In this document: positions 28,972 to 38,613 of the stretch, in pieces
Layout of the letters: each line of letters opens with the position of its first letter
How positions within the stretch are numbered: the stretch's first letter is position 1
Source: Polyangiaceae bacterium
Lineage (GTDB): Bacteria; Myxococcota_A; Polyangia; Polyangiales; Polyangiaceae
Length of the DNA: 64,000 nucleotides
Direction of reading: 5' to 3'
Assembly (NCBI GenBank): GCA_965222375.1
Contig: CBDCTZ010000015.1
Span: 448,001 to 512,000 of the forward strand
Notes under the pieces: generated by a model
Databases searched by the model: none
What the model saw: only the letters and a program-made list of their open reading frames with translations
Told to the model about the DNA's origin: nothing
Made by a program: the position numbers and the translations under genes

Positions 28972-29973
28972 ATGCAGCGCACGCAGAGACCGCGGGAGAC
29001 GCCTGGAGCCACGTCAGCGACGGTTGGGGTAGAAGCGCTGCTGAACATCCGCCTGGCGTCAACGATGGTGAGTGGAGTGGCGGGAGAGCTGCACACGGCA
29101 GAGGAGAGCGCTCTTCACCTTCGCCAAAGCTGCTCGACGTCTGTGGATACCCTAGCGAGTCTCGAAGCAGAGCTGAAGGGCCTGCTCGCGCAGACCAAAA
29201 CCATCGACGGATTCGCTTCCAAGATCTCGAGCATCGCCCTCCACACGCGCGTACTGTCCCTAAACGCGACCATCGAAGCCGCGCGGGCGGGTGACGCCGG
29301 CCTTGGCTTCGGAGTTGTTGCTTCCGAAGTGCGCGACCTCTCCCAGGAAACGGCCACGGCGACCGTCGGTATCTCGGAGCACCTGGCGGCTTTGGTGCAG
29401 GCCGTAGGCAGAGTGCGGGCAGTCCATGAACAGCTCCGAACGCAAATGCAAGAGCTCGACCGTAAGACAGGCGAGCTTTCCAACACTGTCAGGGAGCAAG
29501 GGGAAGTAGTGAGCGCGGCTTGGCGCTATGTCGACGAAGTCGTCGAGTCAGCAGGGTCTGGCAACGGCAGCGATCGCGCGGCTTCCGGACAGGAAAATGT
29601 TGCTACTACGGGAAACGCTATGCAATCGAGCGCGGGCCTCTCGCCACCAACCTCGGTCGACGATGACCACTACGCTCTGTCCCCTATCGATGAGCCGTGC
29701 GCTCTGCCTCCCACCGACGATCCCTATGGACTGGCTCCCGTCGACGATCCGTATGGACTGGCTCCCGTGGAATCCGACGCTGACTCGAGCGCAGGAACGG
29801 CGGCTACGAAGGGAGGTGCCGAGCCGCCCCCAGACAGTTCTCGCGCAGTCCCGCCCTCGGAGAGCGATGTCGAGACTGGGGCGCAGAGCGACGAGCCCTA
29901 CTCCCTGCGTGACGACCCTCCTTCCCCGAGCCCGTGCGGTGGGATCCAAATTCAAGAAAGGAATATGCAATGA
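28972..29973 (+). CDS. Soluble methyl-accepting chemotaxis signalling-domain protein with acidic repeat tail
   Basis: IALHTRVLSLNATIEAARAGDAGLGFGVVASEVRDLS hairpin tip; no TM or sensor domain. Confidence 0.8.
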   Translation: MQRTQRPRETPGATSATVGVEALLNIRLASTMVSGVAGELHTAEESALHLRQSCSTSVDTLASLEAELKGLLAQTKTIDGFASKISSIALHTRVLSLNATIEAARAGDAGLGFGVVASEVRDLSQETATATVGISEHLAALVQAVGRVRAVHEQLRTQMQELDRKTGELSNTVREQGEVVSAAWRYVDEVVESAGSGNGSDRAASGQENVATTGNAMQSSAGLSPPTSVDDDHYALSPIDEPCALPPTDDPYGLAPVDDPYGLAPVESDADSSAGTAATKGGAEPPPDSSRAVPPSESDVETGAQSDEPYSLRDDPPSPSPCGGIQIQERNMQ

Positions 29974-30380
29974 GTCTCATCGAATGGAGCGACGATCTGA
30001 AGCTTGGAATCCCATCCCTCGACAAAGACCACCAGGTTCTGGTGCGCATGCTCAACGACCTCGCAGACGCCGTCGCGCAGTCCAAGAGTCAGGGTGTCTT
30101 GGAAAAGGTTCTTGCAGGCCTCCTCAACTACACGAAGACCCACTTCGCACGCGAGGAGCGCCACTTCGATCAGCATGGCTACCCGGACGAGGCAGCCCAC
30201 AAGCGCGAGCATGCCGCGTTGACCGAAAAGGCCTTCGCCGTGCAGGCCAAGCTCCAAGACGGCAACGCCTCTGTTCTCGGCATGGAGGTCTTGACGTTTC
30301 TCAAGGACTGGCTGGTGAACCACATCCAAGGGAGCGACGCGAGATACGCTCCTTTTCTGATCGAGCGAGGAGTCAAATAG
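29970..30380 (+). CDS. Bacteriohemerythrin
   Basis: IEWSDDLKLGI..LDKDH, HFAREE, HKREH, WLVNHIQGSD; ATGA overlap with the MCP stop. Confidence 0.93.
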   Translation: MSLIEWSDDLKLGIPSLDKDHQVLVRMLNDLADAVAQSKSQGVLEKVLAGLLNYTKTHFAREERHFDQHGYPDEAAHKREHAALTEKAFAVQAKLQDGNASVLGMEVLTFLKDWLVNHIQGSDARYAPFLIERGVK

Positions 30381-30388
30381 CGAGCGAA

Positions 30389-30447
30389 TCTTGGCTTTTG
30401 GGTTCGGGTCGCGTGCCCTGGAGCAAGCAGGGCCATTACTCTAGAAC
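30389..30447 (+). repeat. Dispersed two-box repeat, family B
   Basis: TCTTGGCTTTTGGGTTCGGGTCG-N18-GGGCCATTACTCTAGAACT. Confidence 0.7.
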
Positions 30448-30545
30448 TGGAGCGGTGCGGTGCGCGACTGCACACGTGTGGACGGCAGGTTGACCCAGAC
30501 GCGGGTCGTCCGTACTGTCCTGGTCCCAAATTTGTGGAGGGCCCC

Positions 30546-31322
30546 ATGGCAGACAGAGGACGCAACGTTTGGTTTGATCTGATGACCCCGGACGTGGAGG
30601 GCGCGAAAGCGTTCTACGGCGAGGTAATCGGATGGAAGACGCAGCCCTACGCTGATGCGCCTGCCGACAAGCCGTACACGATGTGGCTCGTGGGTGAACT
30701 GCCCATTGGTGGAGTCATGACGCTCCCGGAAGAGGCCGCCAAGATGGGTGCTCCGCCCCACTGGATGGCCTACACGACAGTGGAAGACACCGATGCGGCG
30801 GCCAAGAAGGTGACGGAGCTCGGCGGCAAGATCTACAAAGAGCCCTGGGACATTCCGAATGTGGGGCGCGTGGCGATCGTCGCCGACCCGCAGGGCGCGG
30901 TGTTCGCCATCTTCAAGCCCACCGGTGAGATGAAAGTGGGCGGCGACGCCGTAGGCGAAATCGGCTGGAGTGAGCTCAACACCACCGACTACGAGTCTGC
31001 GTGGAAGTTCTACAGCGAGCTATTCGGTTGGAAGCACAAGAGCTCCTTCGACATGGGCCCGGATGGGACCTACTTCATGTGGCACGACGCGACCGAAGGT
31101 ACCCGCGGCGGGATGTCGAACGTGGCCAAGAAGATGAACATTCCTCCGCATTGGCTGTACTACGTCACCGTCGAAGACATCGACGCTACGGTGGAACGAG
31201 TCAAGAACAGCGGCGGCAAAATCATGAACGGACCCATGGAAGTCCCGGGCGGCGACAAGATCGCCCAGTGTGCGGACCCCCAAGGCGCCCACTTCGCGAT
31301 CTACGCAGAGAACAAGAAGTAG
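30546..31322 (+). CDS. VOC family protein (two glyoxalase/bleomycin-resistance domains)
   Basis: WFDLMTPDVEGAKAFY..GW repeated as WSELNTTD...FYSELFGW; DPQGA twice. Confidence 0.92.
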   Translation: MADRGRNVWFDLMTPDVEGAKAFYGEVIGWKTQPYADAPADKPYTMWLVGELPIGGVMTLPEEAAKMGAPPHWMAYTTVEDTDAAAKKVTELGGKIYKEPWDIPNVGRVAIVADPQGAVFAIFKPTGEMKVGGDAVGEIGWSELNTTDYESAWKFYSELFGWKHKSSFDMGPDGTYFMWHDATEGTRGGMSNVAKKMNIPPHWLYYVTVEDIDATVERVKNSGGKIMNGPMEVPGGDKIAQCADPQGAHFAIYAENKK

Positions 31323-31469
31323 GGCCGCGCGAGCTGCACCCCGTCGCAAGCCGAAAAACGCTGCTGCGACGGGGACTTGCGGTGGGCCATCGTGCGAGTA
31401 CGTCGGCGTGCGTCTGCACGCTAGCACTACTGGGTGGACCGCAAGCTCATCCCTCTGTTCACGCTGCTG

Positions 31470-31800
31470 CCCTCTGTTCACGCTGCTGCCCTTCGTCACG
31501 GCAGGCTGCTCGTTGCTTTCGGACTTGGACAGTACCCAGGGCGGCACGGTTGAAGAGGACGCCGGTGGCGACAGTGCGATCTCTCCCCGCGACGCAGCGG
31601 TGTCGACGTTGGTATCGAGGCGAGCAGCACGGTAGAGTGCTCCAGCTTGGGCAAGCAGTGCATCGGTAGCGCGCCGACGGACTGGCAAGGACCCATCGTG
31701 ATTGACGTTTCGTCCGCCACCACCGCGCCCTGTCCAAGCGACTTCCCGACGTCAGAGCTCAACACAGATGTCGTCTTTGCGAACCTGAACCCTGGCAGGC
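31470..31800 (+). pseudogene. Fragmented myxobacterial lipoprotein remnant
   Basis: Lipobox-like LLPFVTAGCSLLSDLD...DAGGD in one frame, then CIGSAPTDWQGP...CPSDFP after a stop; 19-nt tandem duplication at about 31452-31490. Confidence 0.4.
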
Positions 31801-31956
31801 GCCGTGCGACCGTGCGCCAGCTAGCTCGCCGCTTACCGCACAGACCGACACTATTCGCACGGGCGAAGGAGTCCCCAGGTCGCAGCCGGGAACGGCAACT
31901 CGCCGGTGCCGCTGCGCGTCGTGGATTTCGCGAGCAATCTGGCCTAGGAGTCCCTC

Positions 31957-32454
31957 ATGTCCCTTGGCGTGCACCTAGCCCTTTCCGCCCGAGACGAAGA
32001 ACGCACCTTGGCTATCGACAACCCCGGTGAGCTCGTGGAGTTCATCACCGAGGATCTGGAGGAACGCTACCTCGAGGACGAGGCCTGGTCCTTTCAGTCG
32101 GACAAGGCATGGGACGCAATCCACCGCTGCCTCACCGACGGACAACTGCAGTACGAGTCCGGGCCGTTTCCCCTCGCCTACGGTGTGCTTGGCGGCAAGG
32201 CCCTCGACGCCGGGGACGACTACACCGCCTGCTACGTATCCCCGCAGCAGGTGAAAGAAGCCGTTCCAGCGCTGGGCGACGTGACTCGCGACTGGATGCG
32301 AGAGCAGTACGAAACCCTGTCGGATACCGAGTACTCCGGCCACATTGGCGACGAAGACTTCGAGTATACCTGGGAGAACTTCCAAGGAATGCGCGAGTTC
32401 TTCGCCCGAGCAGCGGAAGGCAATCGCTGCGTGCTGTTCACGACCGACGCCTGA
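31957..32454 (+). CDS. DUF1877 (YfbM) family protein
   Basis: SDKAWDAIHRCLT, VLGG, FFARAAE..RCVLF. Confidence 0.85.
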   Translation: MSLGVHLALSARDEERTLAIDNPGELVEFITEDLEERYLEDEAWSFQSDKAWDAIHRCLTDGQLQYESGPFPLAYGVLGGKALDAGDDYTACYVSPQQVKEAVPALGDVTRDWMREQYETLSDTEYSGHIGDEDFEYTWENFQGMREFFARAAEGNRCVLFTTDA

Positions 32455-32515
32455 CGGGACGGCGATACCCGACTCGGTTGAGCGCAGCGCGCGAGCCGCC
32501 TAGGCTGAGCTCGTC

Positions 32516-32950
32516 ATGTCCGAGGAACCGCTAGTGCCCGAGTGGGCCGAACTGCGCCGAGAGTTGGACTCCGTGGCCACCGCCGTTGGGGCAGAAAACG
32601 GCTACGTGCTGGATGCGTGGTGCAACCTCTGGTGCTCCGCCTACGAAGAAGACCCCGAGATGCGGTCTGGCGTCATCGAGCTGGTGCGCGACGAACTCGA
32701 CTCGCTGGAGCTGCCCCTTCCCCAAGGTGGTTGGATCGATCGCCGTGCCCATCAGTACCGCGGGCACGCTTACCTCAAGTCCTTCGGCTCCGTGTACGTG
32801 CTCGTCCTTCGCCACGCCGCACCCTTCGATCTGACGGCTCAGCAGAAGGCCGTAGCCGAAGCCCTCGAGACCATCGAGCCCCTCGTCGTGGGGCTTGCTC
32901 CGCACCCGGGGCTCATCCCCGAGGTGCCAACAGAGCCTGGCTCCGGTTGA
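32516..32950 (+). CDS. Hypothetical protein
   Basis: 144-aa ORF with plausible composition. Confidence 0.65.
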   Translation: MSEEPLVPEWAELRRELDSVATAVGAENGYVLDAWCNLWCSAYEEDPEMRSGVIELVRDELDSLELPLPQGGWIDRRAHQYRGHAYLKSFGSVYVLVLRHAAPFDLTAQQKAVAEALETIEPLVVGLAPHPGLIPEVPTEPGSG

Positions 32951-32966
32951 TCTAGAACGTGCGGCT

Positions 32967-33605
32967 TCAGAGCGCCGCGGGCCGTTTCAGATAGCACTCG
33001 AGGATTTCCACTAACTGCGCCCGAAACGGCGCGCTTTCAAGAAGCTCCGGCTGCATCAGCACCGCCTGCTCCACCAGCAACTCGACGGCGTGGCTACTGA
33101 TCCAGGTCAGAAGCTCCGACGAAACGTCCTTTCGGACGTCCGGGCGGCGCGTCAACTCCTCCGCCACCGCTGCGCGGACTTCCTCGTCAACGACCCGGCT
33201 AGTAGACGCAGTCCACGCGGCCGGCACTTCCCGACGCACGATGTGCCGAACCCGCCCGGTGCTGAGCCGATCGCTCAATAGCAGGTCGACTACCTCCACG
33301 ATGGTCTCTCTGAGGGAACGCTCTCTGCAAGCCTCGAGGGTCGCCAGCATCAATCGCGCGGTCCGCTGCTCCATGCGTCGGGCCAGCTCCGCGAGCAGTG
33401 CTTCCTTGTTCGGGAAGTACTGATAGAGCGAGCCAACACTGACGCCAGCACGCATTGCCACGCGGTTGGTAGTGTAGCCCTCCAAACCATCTTCCGCGAG
33501 GATGAGCTCAGCCGCGGTCACTAGCGCATTGGCAATGCCTTCAGCCGCCTGAGTCTTCGGCTTCTTGCGACCCTTGATTCTCTTCGACGTTGCAAGCGCG
33601 GACAT
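32967..33605 (-). CDS. TetR/AcrR family regulator
   Basis: TTNRVAMRAGVSVGSLYQYFPNKEALL. Confidence 0.92.
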   Translation of the reverse strand: MSALATSKRIKGRKKPKTQAAEGIANALVTAAELILAEDGLEGYTTNRVAMRAGVSVGSLYQYFPNKEALLAELARRMEQRTARLMLATLEACRERSLRETIVEVVDLLLSDRLSTGRVRHIVRREVPAAWTASTSRVVDEEVRAAVAEELTRRPDVRKDVSSELLTWISSHAVELLVEQAVLMQPELLESAPFRAQLVEILECYLKRPAAL

Positions 33606-33822
33606 TCGACCTCCCGATGTAGACCTCGACATTAGCAATGCCCGTGCCGCGATCTCTGGCACATGCTGACACAGCAAGCGCCTAGCCCCGAGCAACATCT
33701 GCGAGTGGCTAGCCCACCTCGACACTTTTGCGTTGAAGTTTGAGCACTTGAGGCCCTTCGGCGGGCGAGTACCGAGACTGGATCTTCACAGCTAGCTTGA
33801 ACTCCCGACATGGAGGTCCGCA

Positions 33823-34407
33823 GTGGTCAGACGCAACGTTCTTCGTTTGGGGTTTCTGTCCGGTGTCGTAGTGGTCATGCCCATCCTGGCTTGTGGGTCG
33901 ACTGGACAAGACGATCCCGGCGCGGGAGGCAGCGCCGGCACGGCGGGCAGCAACGGTGCTGGTGGGGCAGGTGCCAATCCCGCCGGATGCCCGGCTCAAG
34001 CGCCATCCCTGGGCGGCGACGGCAAGTGCGACACGGACGGAACGCGGTGTAGCTACCCGATGGCTTGCCAAAGTGGTTCCGCGGAATTCTCGTTCACTTG
34101 CAAGGACGGCATCGGGGGAGGCAGCGGAGTCAATCCACCCTTGGTGTGGAAGTTCGACAACCCCGACTGCAGGCGCCACGATGAGTGCACCGGACAGGTT
34201 CACTGCTCCGAAGCCGGCAAGTGGATGCCTCCGCCAAACCCCGCGACGGCGCCCCAGCCGTGCCCGAGCAAGCCGCCAGCCCAAGGCACTGCCTGCACCA
34301 ACGCTGATTCCGCAAAGTGCGGCTACGAATGCCAAGACTCCGCAGCCTGGACCGTCGCTACCTGCGAACCAAACGGCCAGTGGACCTATGATGGCAACTG
34401 CAGTTGA
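33823..34407 (+). CDS. Cys-rich lipoprotein
   Basis: Lipobox ILAC, Gly linker, CP..P..G..C...C.Y modules. Confidence 0.75.
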   Translation: MVRRNVLRLGFLSGVVVVMPILACGSTGQDDPGAGGSAGTAGSNGAGGAGANPAGCPAQAPSLGGDGKCDTDGTRCSYPMACQSGSAEFSFTCKDGIGGGSGVNPPLVWKFDNPDCRRHDECTGQVHCSEAGKWMPPPNPATAPQPCPSKPPAQGTACTNADSAKCGYECQDSAAWTVATCEPNGQWTYDGNCS

Positions 34408-34435
34408 GGTACGCAGCTGAGCTCGTGAAAGCTGC

Positions 34436-36727
34436 CTATTCCGCGATGGCGTACTCGGGGCACACTTCTAGGCTGGCGAGGCAGGGGAAGCTGAGGCCGG
34501 CAAGCGCGGCGGTGACGCACTGATTGAGAGCTGGCGTATTCGGAGTCGTCACCACGTCGACGACCTTGCCGCCCGCGTCGAGGACGATCTTGAGTTGCAC
34601 CGGAAATCCGATTTGCCCGCCGCAGGCTTTGTCGATCGCTTGCCCGAGGCCCTTGGCCTCATCGGTGGCGTTGCCTTCGATGGGCACATACTTGTCGAAC
34701 TGTCCCGCGGCGTAGATGCATTGCGGGACGTTGCCGGCCAGTGCCTTAGCAACATTTTGCTCGTGGGTGGTCGTGACCTGCTTCGACGCCGGAGTGTCGC
34801 ACACTCGCACCATCAATCCGCCGGTGAATCCCATCAGGTCGTAGCGAACTTGAGGGCTGCTGCCCGGCGTGCTGAAGGTCACTCCCCCAGTAAAGCAGGG
34901 GTCAGTGTTCTTCACGAGTGCCTTGACTGTGGCCTTGGCGGCCTCGATGTCCGTGTCGGTGCAGCTGGCGCCTCCAGTGCCGCCGCCGAACCCGCCGCTG
35001 CCGCTCGTGCCCCCAGAGCCGTCAGCGGCGGCATCCTTGGGCCCAGGGCCTGAGTCTTGATCCGTCGATCCTCCGCAGCCGGTCGCCAGCACGAACGTGA
35101 AGGCGGCTGCAGCTGCGGAGCGAATCGGCGCAAAGCGGCGCTCCGGGGCGCGGATGTCTGCCAAGACTCGGCGCTCCACATCGTCGAGGTTGCGCTCGAG
35201 TGCGCCGGTCCGCTCGCGGATCTCCGACACCAGCGAGCTGGCATCGGCGAATCGGCCTCCCTGCTCCGCGAGTGCCAGGCCGCGTCGGTAGGCCTCGACG
35301 TAGAGCCGGTTGATCCCTTGCCGCGCGGGTTCGAGAGCGCCCTCTTGCCTCGAGCGGTCGGGGTACAAGCGACGCGCCAAGGCGAGCGCCAGGTACACGT
35401 CGTGCGCGCGATAGGCGACGCTGTAGTTCCAGAAGGCTTCGCCGCGCAGGCGGCTGAAGATCTCCGCAAAGCCCTCGACGCGCTCGTCATCCAAGGTGTA
35501 GCCGTATCGCAGGGGGTTGCCGATCAGGCGATTCTCCGCGGCCAGACGCTCCTGAAGGCGCGTCCCCTGGTACACCATCATTCGCGTCGTCTCGAATACG
35601 CCCGCGGGTATGCGTTCGAGCAAATCGATGCCTTGCCCGATGCTCTCCAGGGTCGAGTAAGGGTGCACCAGCATCAGGTTGGAGACGGTGGCAACGCCCA
35701 AGTCGGCAAAGACAGCCAGCAGGTCGAGCTCACGTTGCGTCGGGGCAGGCCGACAGAAGCGACGCCCTTCTTCCCGCGTAGCGAGTTCGAGACCAACGTA
35801 GCAGCGCACCAACCCGACTCGAGAGAACTCCTCGAGAACCTTGGGCGTTACCCGGTCGGCGCGAAGCATGGCACCGATTCCGAGCGCTCCGACATCCCGG
35901 CGAGCAAGCTCGCTGCCAAATTGGTCCAAAAAGGCAAGGGCTTCCTCTTCGTCGTAAGGCAACAAGTGTTCGTCGACAAAGTAGAAGTAGCGGGCCCCTC
36001 TCTCGTGCCACAAATGCGCCATCTCATCGCAGACGTCAGCCAGATCTCGACGGCGAAGCCCGCCGACGCCAGCGCGGTTCAGCTCACTGACCGTCGCTCC
36101 CAGCTGGCGCCCGTCCTTTCGCTCCAGGGTGTGAAGGGCAGCCGGACCGCAGTACTGGCAGCGCCCCCAGCAACCTCGCGAACCACTCATGTGAACAGCG
36201 GTGTGACCCAAGAGCTCCGAGAGCTCGTCGCGCTCCGGCCAAACCTGCTTCGGGTTCAGTTCGAGCACCGCTGCCGGGCGGCCATCTCCGTCCCGGGTCG
36301 TAACCCCGGCAACCGCGCTGACGGGGCGTCCCCGCTCGATGTTCTGGCACAGCTCGACCAGCGTGGCCTCACCCGCGAAGCGCACCACACTGTCGAGCCA
36401 GGGGTAGCGCTCCAGAAGCCACTGGCGCGCCAAGGTCGCAAACTGCCCGCCGGAGGTGATGTGCCCGGTAAAGCCTTGTTTGGAAAGGAGCTCGCCGAGC
36501 GCAAGAGGCCACAGCGCGGAGCCCCCATCCGAAAGTGACAGCCCCACCACGTCGGGTTGCTGCTCGGCGATCGCGCGATGCGCCGTCAATAGCTCCGCGC
36601 CATCGTTCACGTAGTGAACTTCGACCTCGATGTTCGCGTGGCGCAGGGCGCTGCGCAGATAGCAGAGCCCTAGGTTTTCGTTGTGCGCTAGGCGCCTTCC
36701 AACCAAAGCGACTTGGACTCGTGACAT
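34436..36727 (-). CDS. Cobalamin-binding radical SAM protein with C-terminal lipoprotein-like extension
   Basis: ENLGLCYL...PDVVGLS...GGQFAT (B12 domain); SRGCWGRCQYC; FYFVDE; then AAAFTFVLATGC-GGS linker and a Cys-rich domain. Confidence 0.85.
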   Translation of the reverse strand: MSRVQVALVGRRLAHNENLGLCYLRSALRHANIEVEVHYVNDGAELLTAHRAIAEQQPDVVGLSLSDGGSALWPLALGELLSKQGFTGHITSGGQFATLARQWLLERYPWLDSVVRFAGEATLVELCQNIERGRPVSAVAGVTTRDGDGRPAAVLELNPKQVWPERDELSELLGHTAVHMSGSRGCWGRCQYCGPAALHTLERKDGRQLGATVSELNRAGVGGLRRRDLADVCDEMAHLWHERGARYFYFVDEHLLPYDEEEALAFLDQFGSELARRDVGALGIGAMLRADRVTPKVLEEFSRVGLVRCYVGLELATREEGRRFCRPAPTQRELDLLAVFADLGVATVSNLMLVHPYSTLESIGQGIDLLERIPAGVFETTRMMVYQGTRLQERLAAENRLIGNPLRYGYTLDDERVEGFAEIFSRLRGEAFWNYSVAYRAHDVYLALALARRLYPDRSRQEGALEPARQGINRLYVEAYRRGLALAEQGGRFADASSLVSEIRERTGALERNLDDVERRVLADIRAPERRFAPIRSAAAAAFTFVLATGCGGSTDQDSGPGPKDAAADGSGGTSGSGGFGGGTGGASCTDTDIEAAKATVKALVKNTDPCFTGGVTFSTPGSSPQVRYDLMGFTGGLMVRVCDTPASKQVTTTHEQNVAKALAGNVPQCIYAAGQFDKYVPIEGNATDEAKGLGQAIDKACGGQIGFPVQLKIVLDAGGKVVDVVTTPNTPALNQCVTAALAGLSFPCLASLEVCPEYAIAE

Positions 36728-36854
36728 GCTCGCCTCCCGGCCCCAGAGTACCGGGAGCCGATTCGCCTTGACCCTGACTTCCGTCATGGCCGCGGGCCGG
36801 CGGCTTGCGCCTCGACGCCCAGCGACCAAGCGCGTAGCCTGGGCTCGGTGACCC

Positions 36855-37160
36855 TTGGCAGCTTCCAATCTGCGTGAAAGGCCGGCTGGCTGGCGTGTGG
36901 TTCGTGCAGGCTTCTGGCTGCCGCTGGCCACGTTGCTAGGCGTCGAAGCGTATGCGAGTGGCTTCGACGGGTGGGGTGCCTGGGCGACAGCTCCCTTGTT
37001 CGTTTTGCCCTTTGGCCTCGCACGGGTCGTGACCGCTGTAGGCGCCTACGAAGCGCATTGCGAGTCCCGCCACGACAAGCCCGAAGTCAGTACTATTGTC
37101 CTGACGGTCGTCGCCGCGACTCCAATTCTTTGGCTCCTCGTCCGCAGGTACTTCGTCTAG
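36855..37160 (+). CDS. Small membrane protein
   Basis: Three hydrophobic stretches; stop overlaps the next GTG. Confidence 0.55.
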   Translation: MAASNLRERPAGWRVVRAGFWLPLATLLGVEAYASGFDGWGAWATAPLFVLPFGLARVVTAVGAYEAHCESRHDKPEVSTIVLTVVAATPILWLLVRRYFV

Positions 37161-37492
37161 TGGAGCCGGCGATCTTGAACGTCGCGTTGGAGCTGGCGAT
37201 GACTTTCGGTGAGGACTGGCTCAAGCCTGTGCAAGCCCGGCTCTCGAATCGGTACCCGGATCTTTCACGTGAGCAGCTGGATCAGTACGATGCGGAGTGT
37301 CGCGAAGTGATGACGTTGGGCCAGGAGCAGGCTCCGACTTGCTGGCAGGAAGCCGGCGTGAGACGAAACCACGGGTTGAAGCTTTTCCGCACCGCGGTGC
37401 GCGCCCGCTTTCCCTGGGTCAACAACGAAAACCTGACCCACCCATTTTCTCAGGGCTGCTACTACGCCTGGAAGAACGGGGCTCTTTCGTGA
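37160..37492 (+). CDS. Hypothetical protein
   Basis: LELAMTFGEDWLKPVQARL...FPWV...SQGCYYAWK; overlaps both neighbours. Confidence 0.65.
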   Translation: MEPAILNVALELAMTFGEDWLKPVQARLSNRYPDLSREQLDQYDAECREVMTLGQEQAPTCWQEAGVRRNHGLKLFRTAVRARFPWVNNENLTHPFSQGCYYAWKNGALS

Positions 37493-38613
37493 ACCAAAGG
37501 CGAGGAAGCTGGCTCACTCTGCCGACTGCTCTCATGGGCGGCTTGGTGATGGCGACCTGCCAAGTCAATCGAGCGAGCAGCGGGCCGAGCGAGTCGGGCG
37601 GAATGCCACCACCACCCGAGGTCACGGCACCGAGCGCGACCGCACCAAGCCCAGCGGCACCCGACGCCCCGGATGCGGGTGTGGCGCCCAACACCGCACC
37701 ACCGCGACCAGCCGGGCACCCTCCCGGGGTCGCCCTAGACTGCTCCGGGCTCGGGCAGAGCCCGCAGGCCAAGTGTGGCAAGTCGCCGGATTGGCTGGTG
37801 GAGCTAAACCGGATTGGGAACCGATTGATGGAACCTCGCCACAAGCGGCCAGAAAAAGAAGTTTGCGATCGGGTTCGGGACGCTCTGGCCAAAGCCAGTG
37901 CCGCACCCAAGCTGTCCGTGGCTGGGAGAGTCGTCGCCCAGAACGCTGCCCTGCGCGTGTTCGCAAACGCGGCGGTCTGCCCCGACGCGGGCTTGAGGTC
38001 AGCCGCGGCTCGAGTCGTCTCGATTACACGCACGGCGCCTCAAGAGTTGCAAGCATTGGGTGCAAGCCCCTTCGCCGATCTGGAAGCCTTCGTCGGGCCA
38101 GCATCCGCCTGGCAGCAACGACGCGCTCGAAACATGCCGCTATTCCACGAGCGCGTTGAACTCGCCACCCGAGCGTTCCGCCCGATCTCCACTGACAAGT
38201 CGCGCGCCATCTTCTCGCAGCTGGTTGCGATCGACACCGCCTGGAAGCCGCACATCACCTCGCTGGTGGGTCGAGTCGAGCTACGCCGGGGCCACGCCGA
38301 GGATGCCAGCGCTTGCGTGGCGCATTTGGACGTCGCTCGCGTCGACTGCGCGTCCGGCCGGCTCGAACCGCTGCGTTCGGTCGAGAACCTGCCGGTGAGC
38401 CACTTCGTGGCGAGGCGAGAAAATGGCCTGAGCTGTCGCGATTGCCATGGCAAGTCGGCCATGCGCGATGCCAAAGATCCAGTATTTGGAGATCTGACGC
38501 CTCTTCAGCGAGGCGGCCGACCGCACTTGAACGCACGCCGCGTCGCACTCTTGGCCGATAGCCTCAAGCTGGTGGGCAGAGTGAGAGCCGCCCTCAAGCG
38601 CCCCACTCCATGA
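37489..38613 (+). CDS. Exported protein with one CxxCH heme-c motif
   Basis: Hydrophobic leader, Pro-rich linker, SCRDCHG near the C-terminus. Confidence 0.65.
   Translation: MNQRRGSWLTLPTALMGGLVMATCQVNRASSGPSESGGMPPPPEVTAPSATAPSPAAPDAPDAGVAPNTAPPRPAGHPPGVALDCSGLGQSPQAKCGKSPDWLVELNRIGNRLMEPRHKRPEKEVCDRVRDALAKASAAPKLSVAGRVVAQNAALRVFANAAVCPDAGLRSAAARVVSITRTAPQELQALGASPFADLEAFVGPASAWQQRRARNMPLFHERVELATRAFRPISTDKSRAIFSQLVAIDTAWKPHITSLVGRVELRRGHAEDASACVAHLDVARVDCASGRLEPLRSVENLPVSHFVARRENGLSCRDCHGKSAMRDAKDPVFGDLTPLQRGGRPHLNARRVALLADSLKLVGRVRAALKRPTP

Noticed and set aside
28794..28972. Chemoreceptor truncated by the IS
   Set aside because: An in-frame stop at 28960-28962 lies between the IS and the ATG, and no sensor-coding frame is evident on the other side of the IS.
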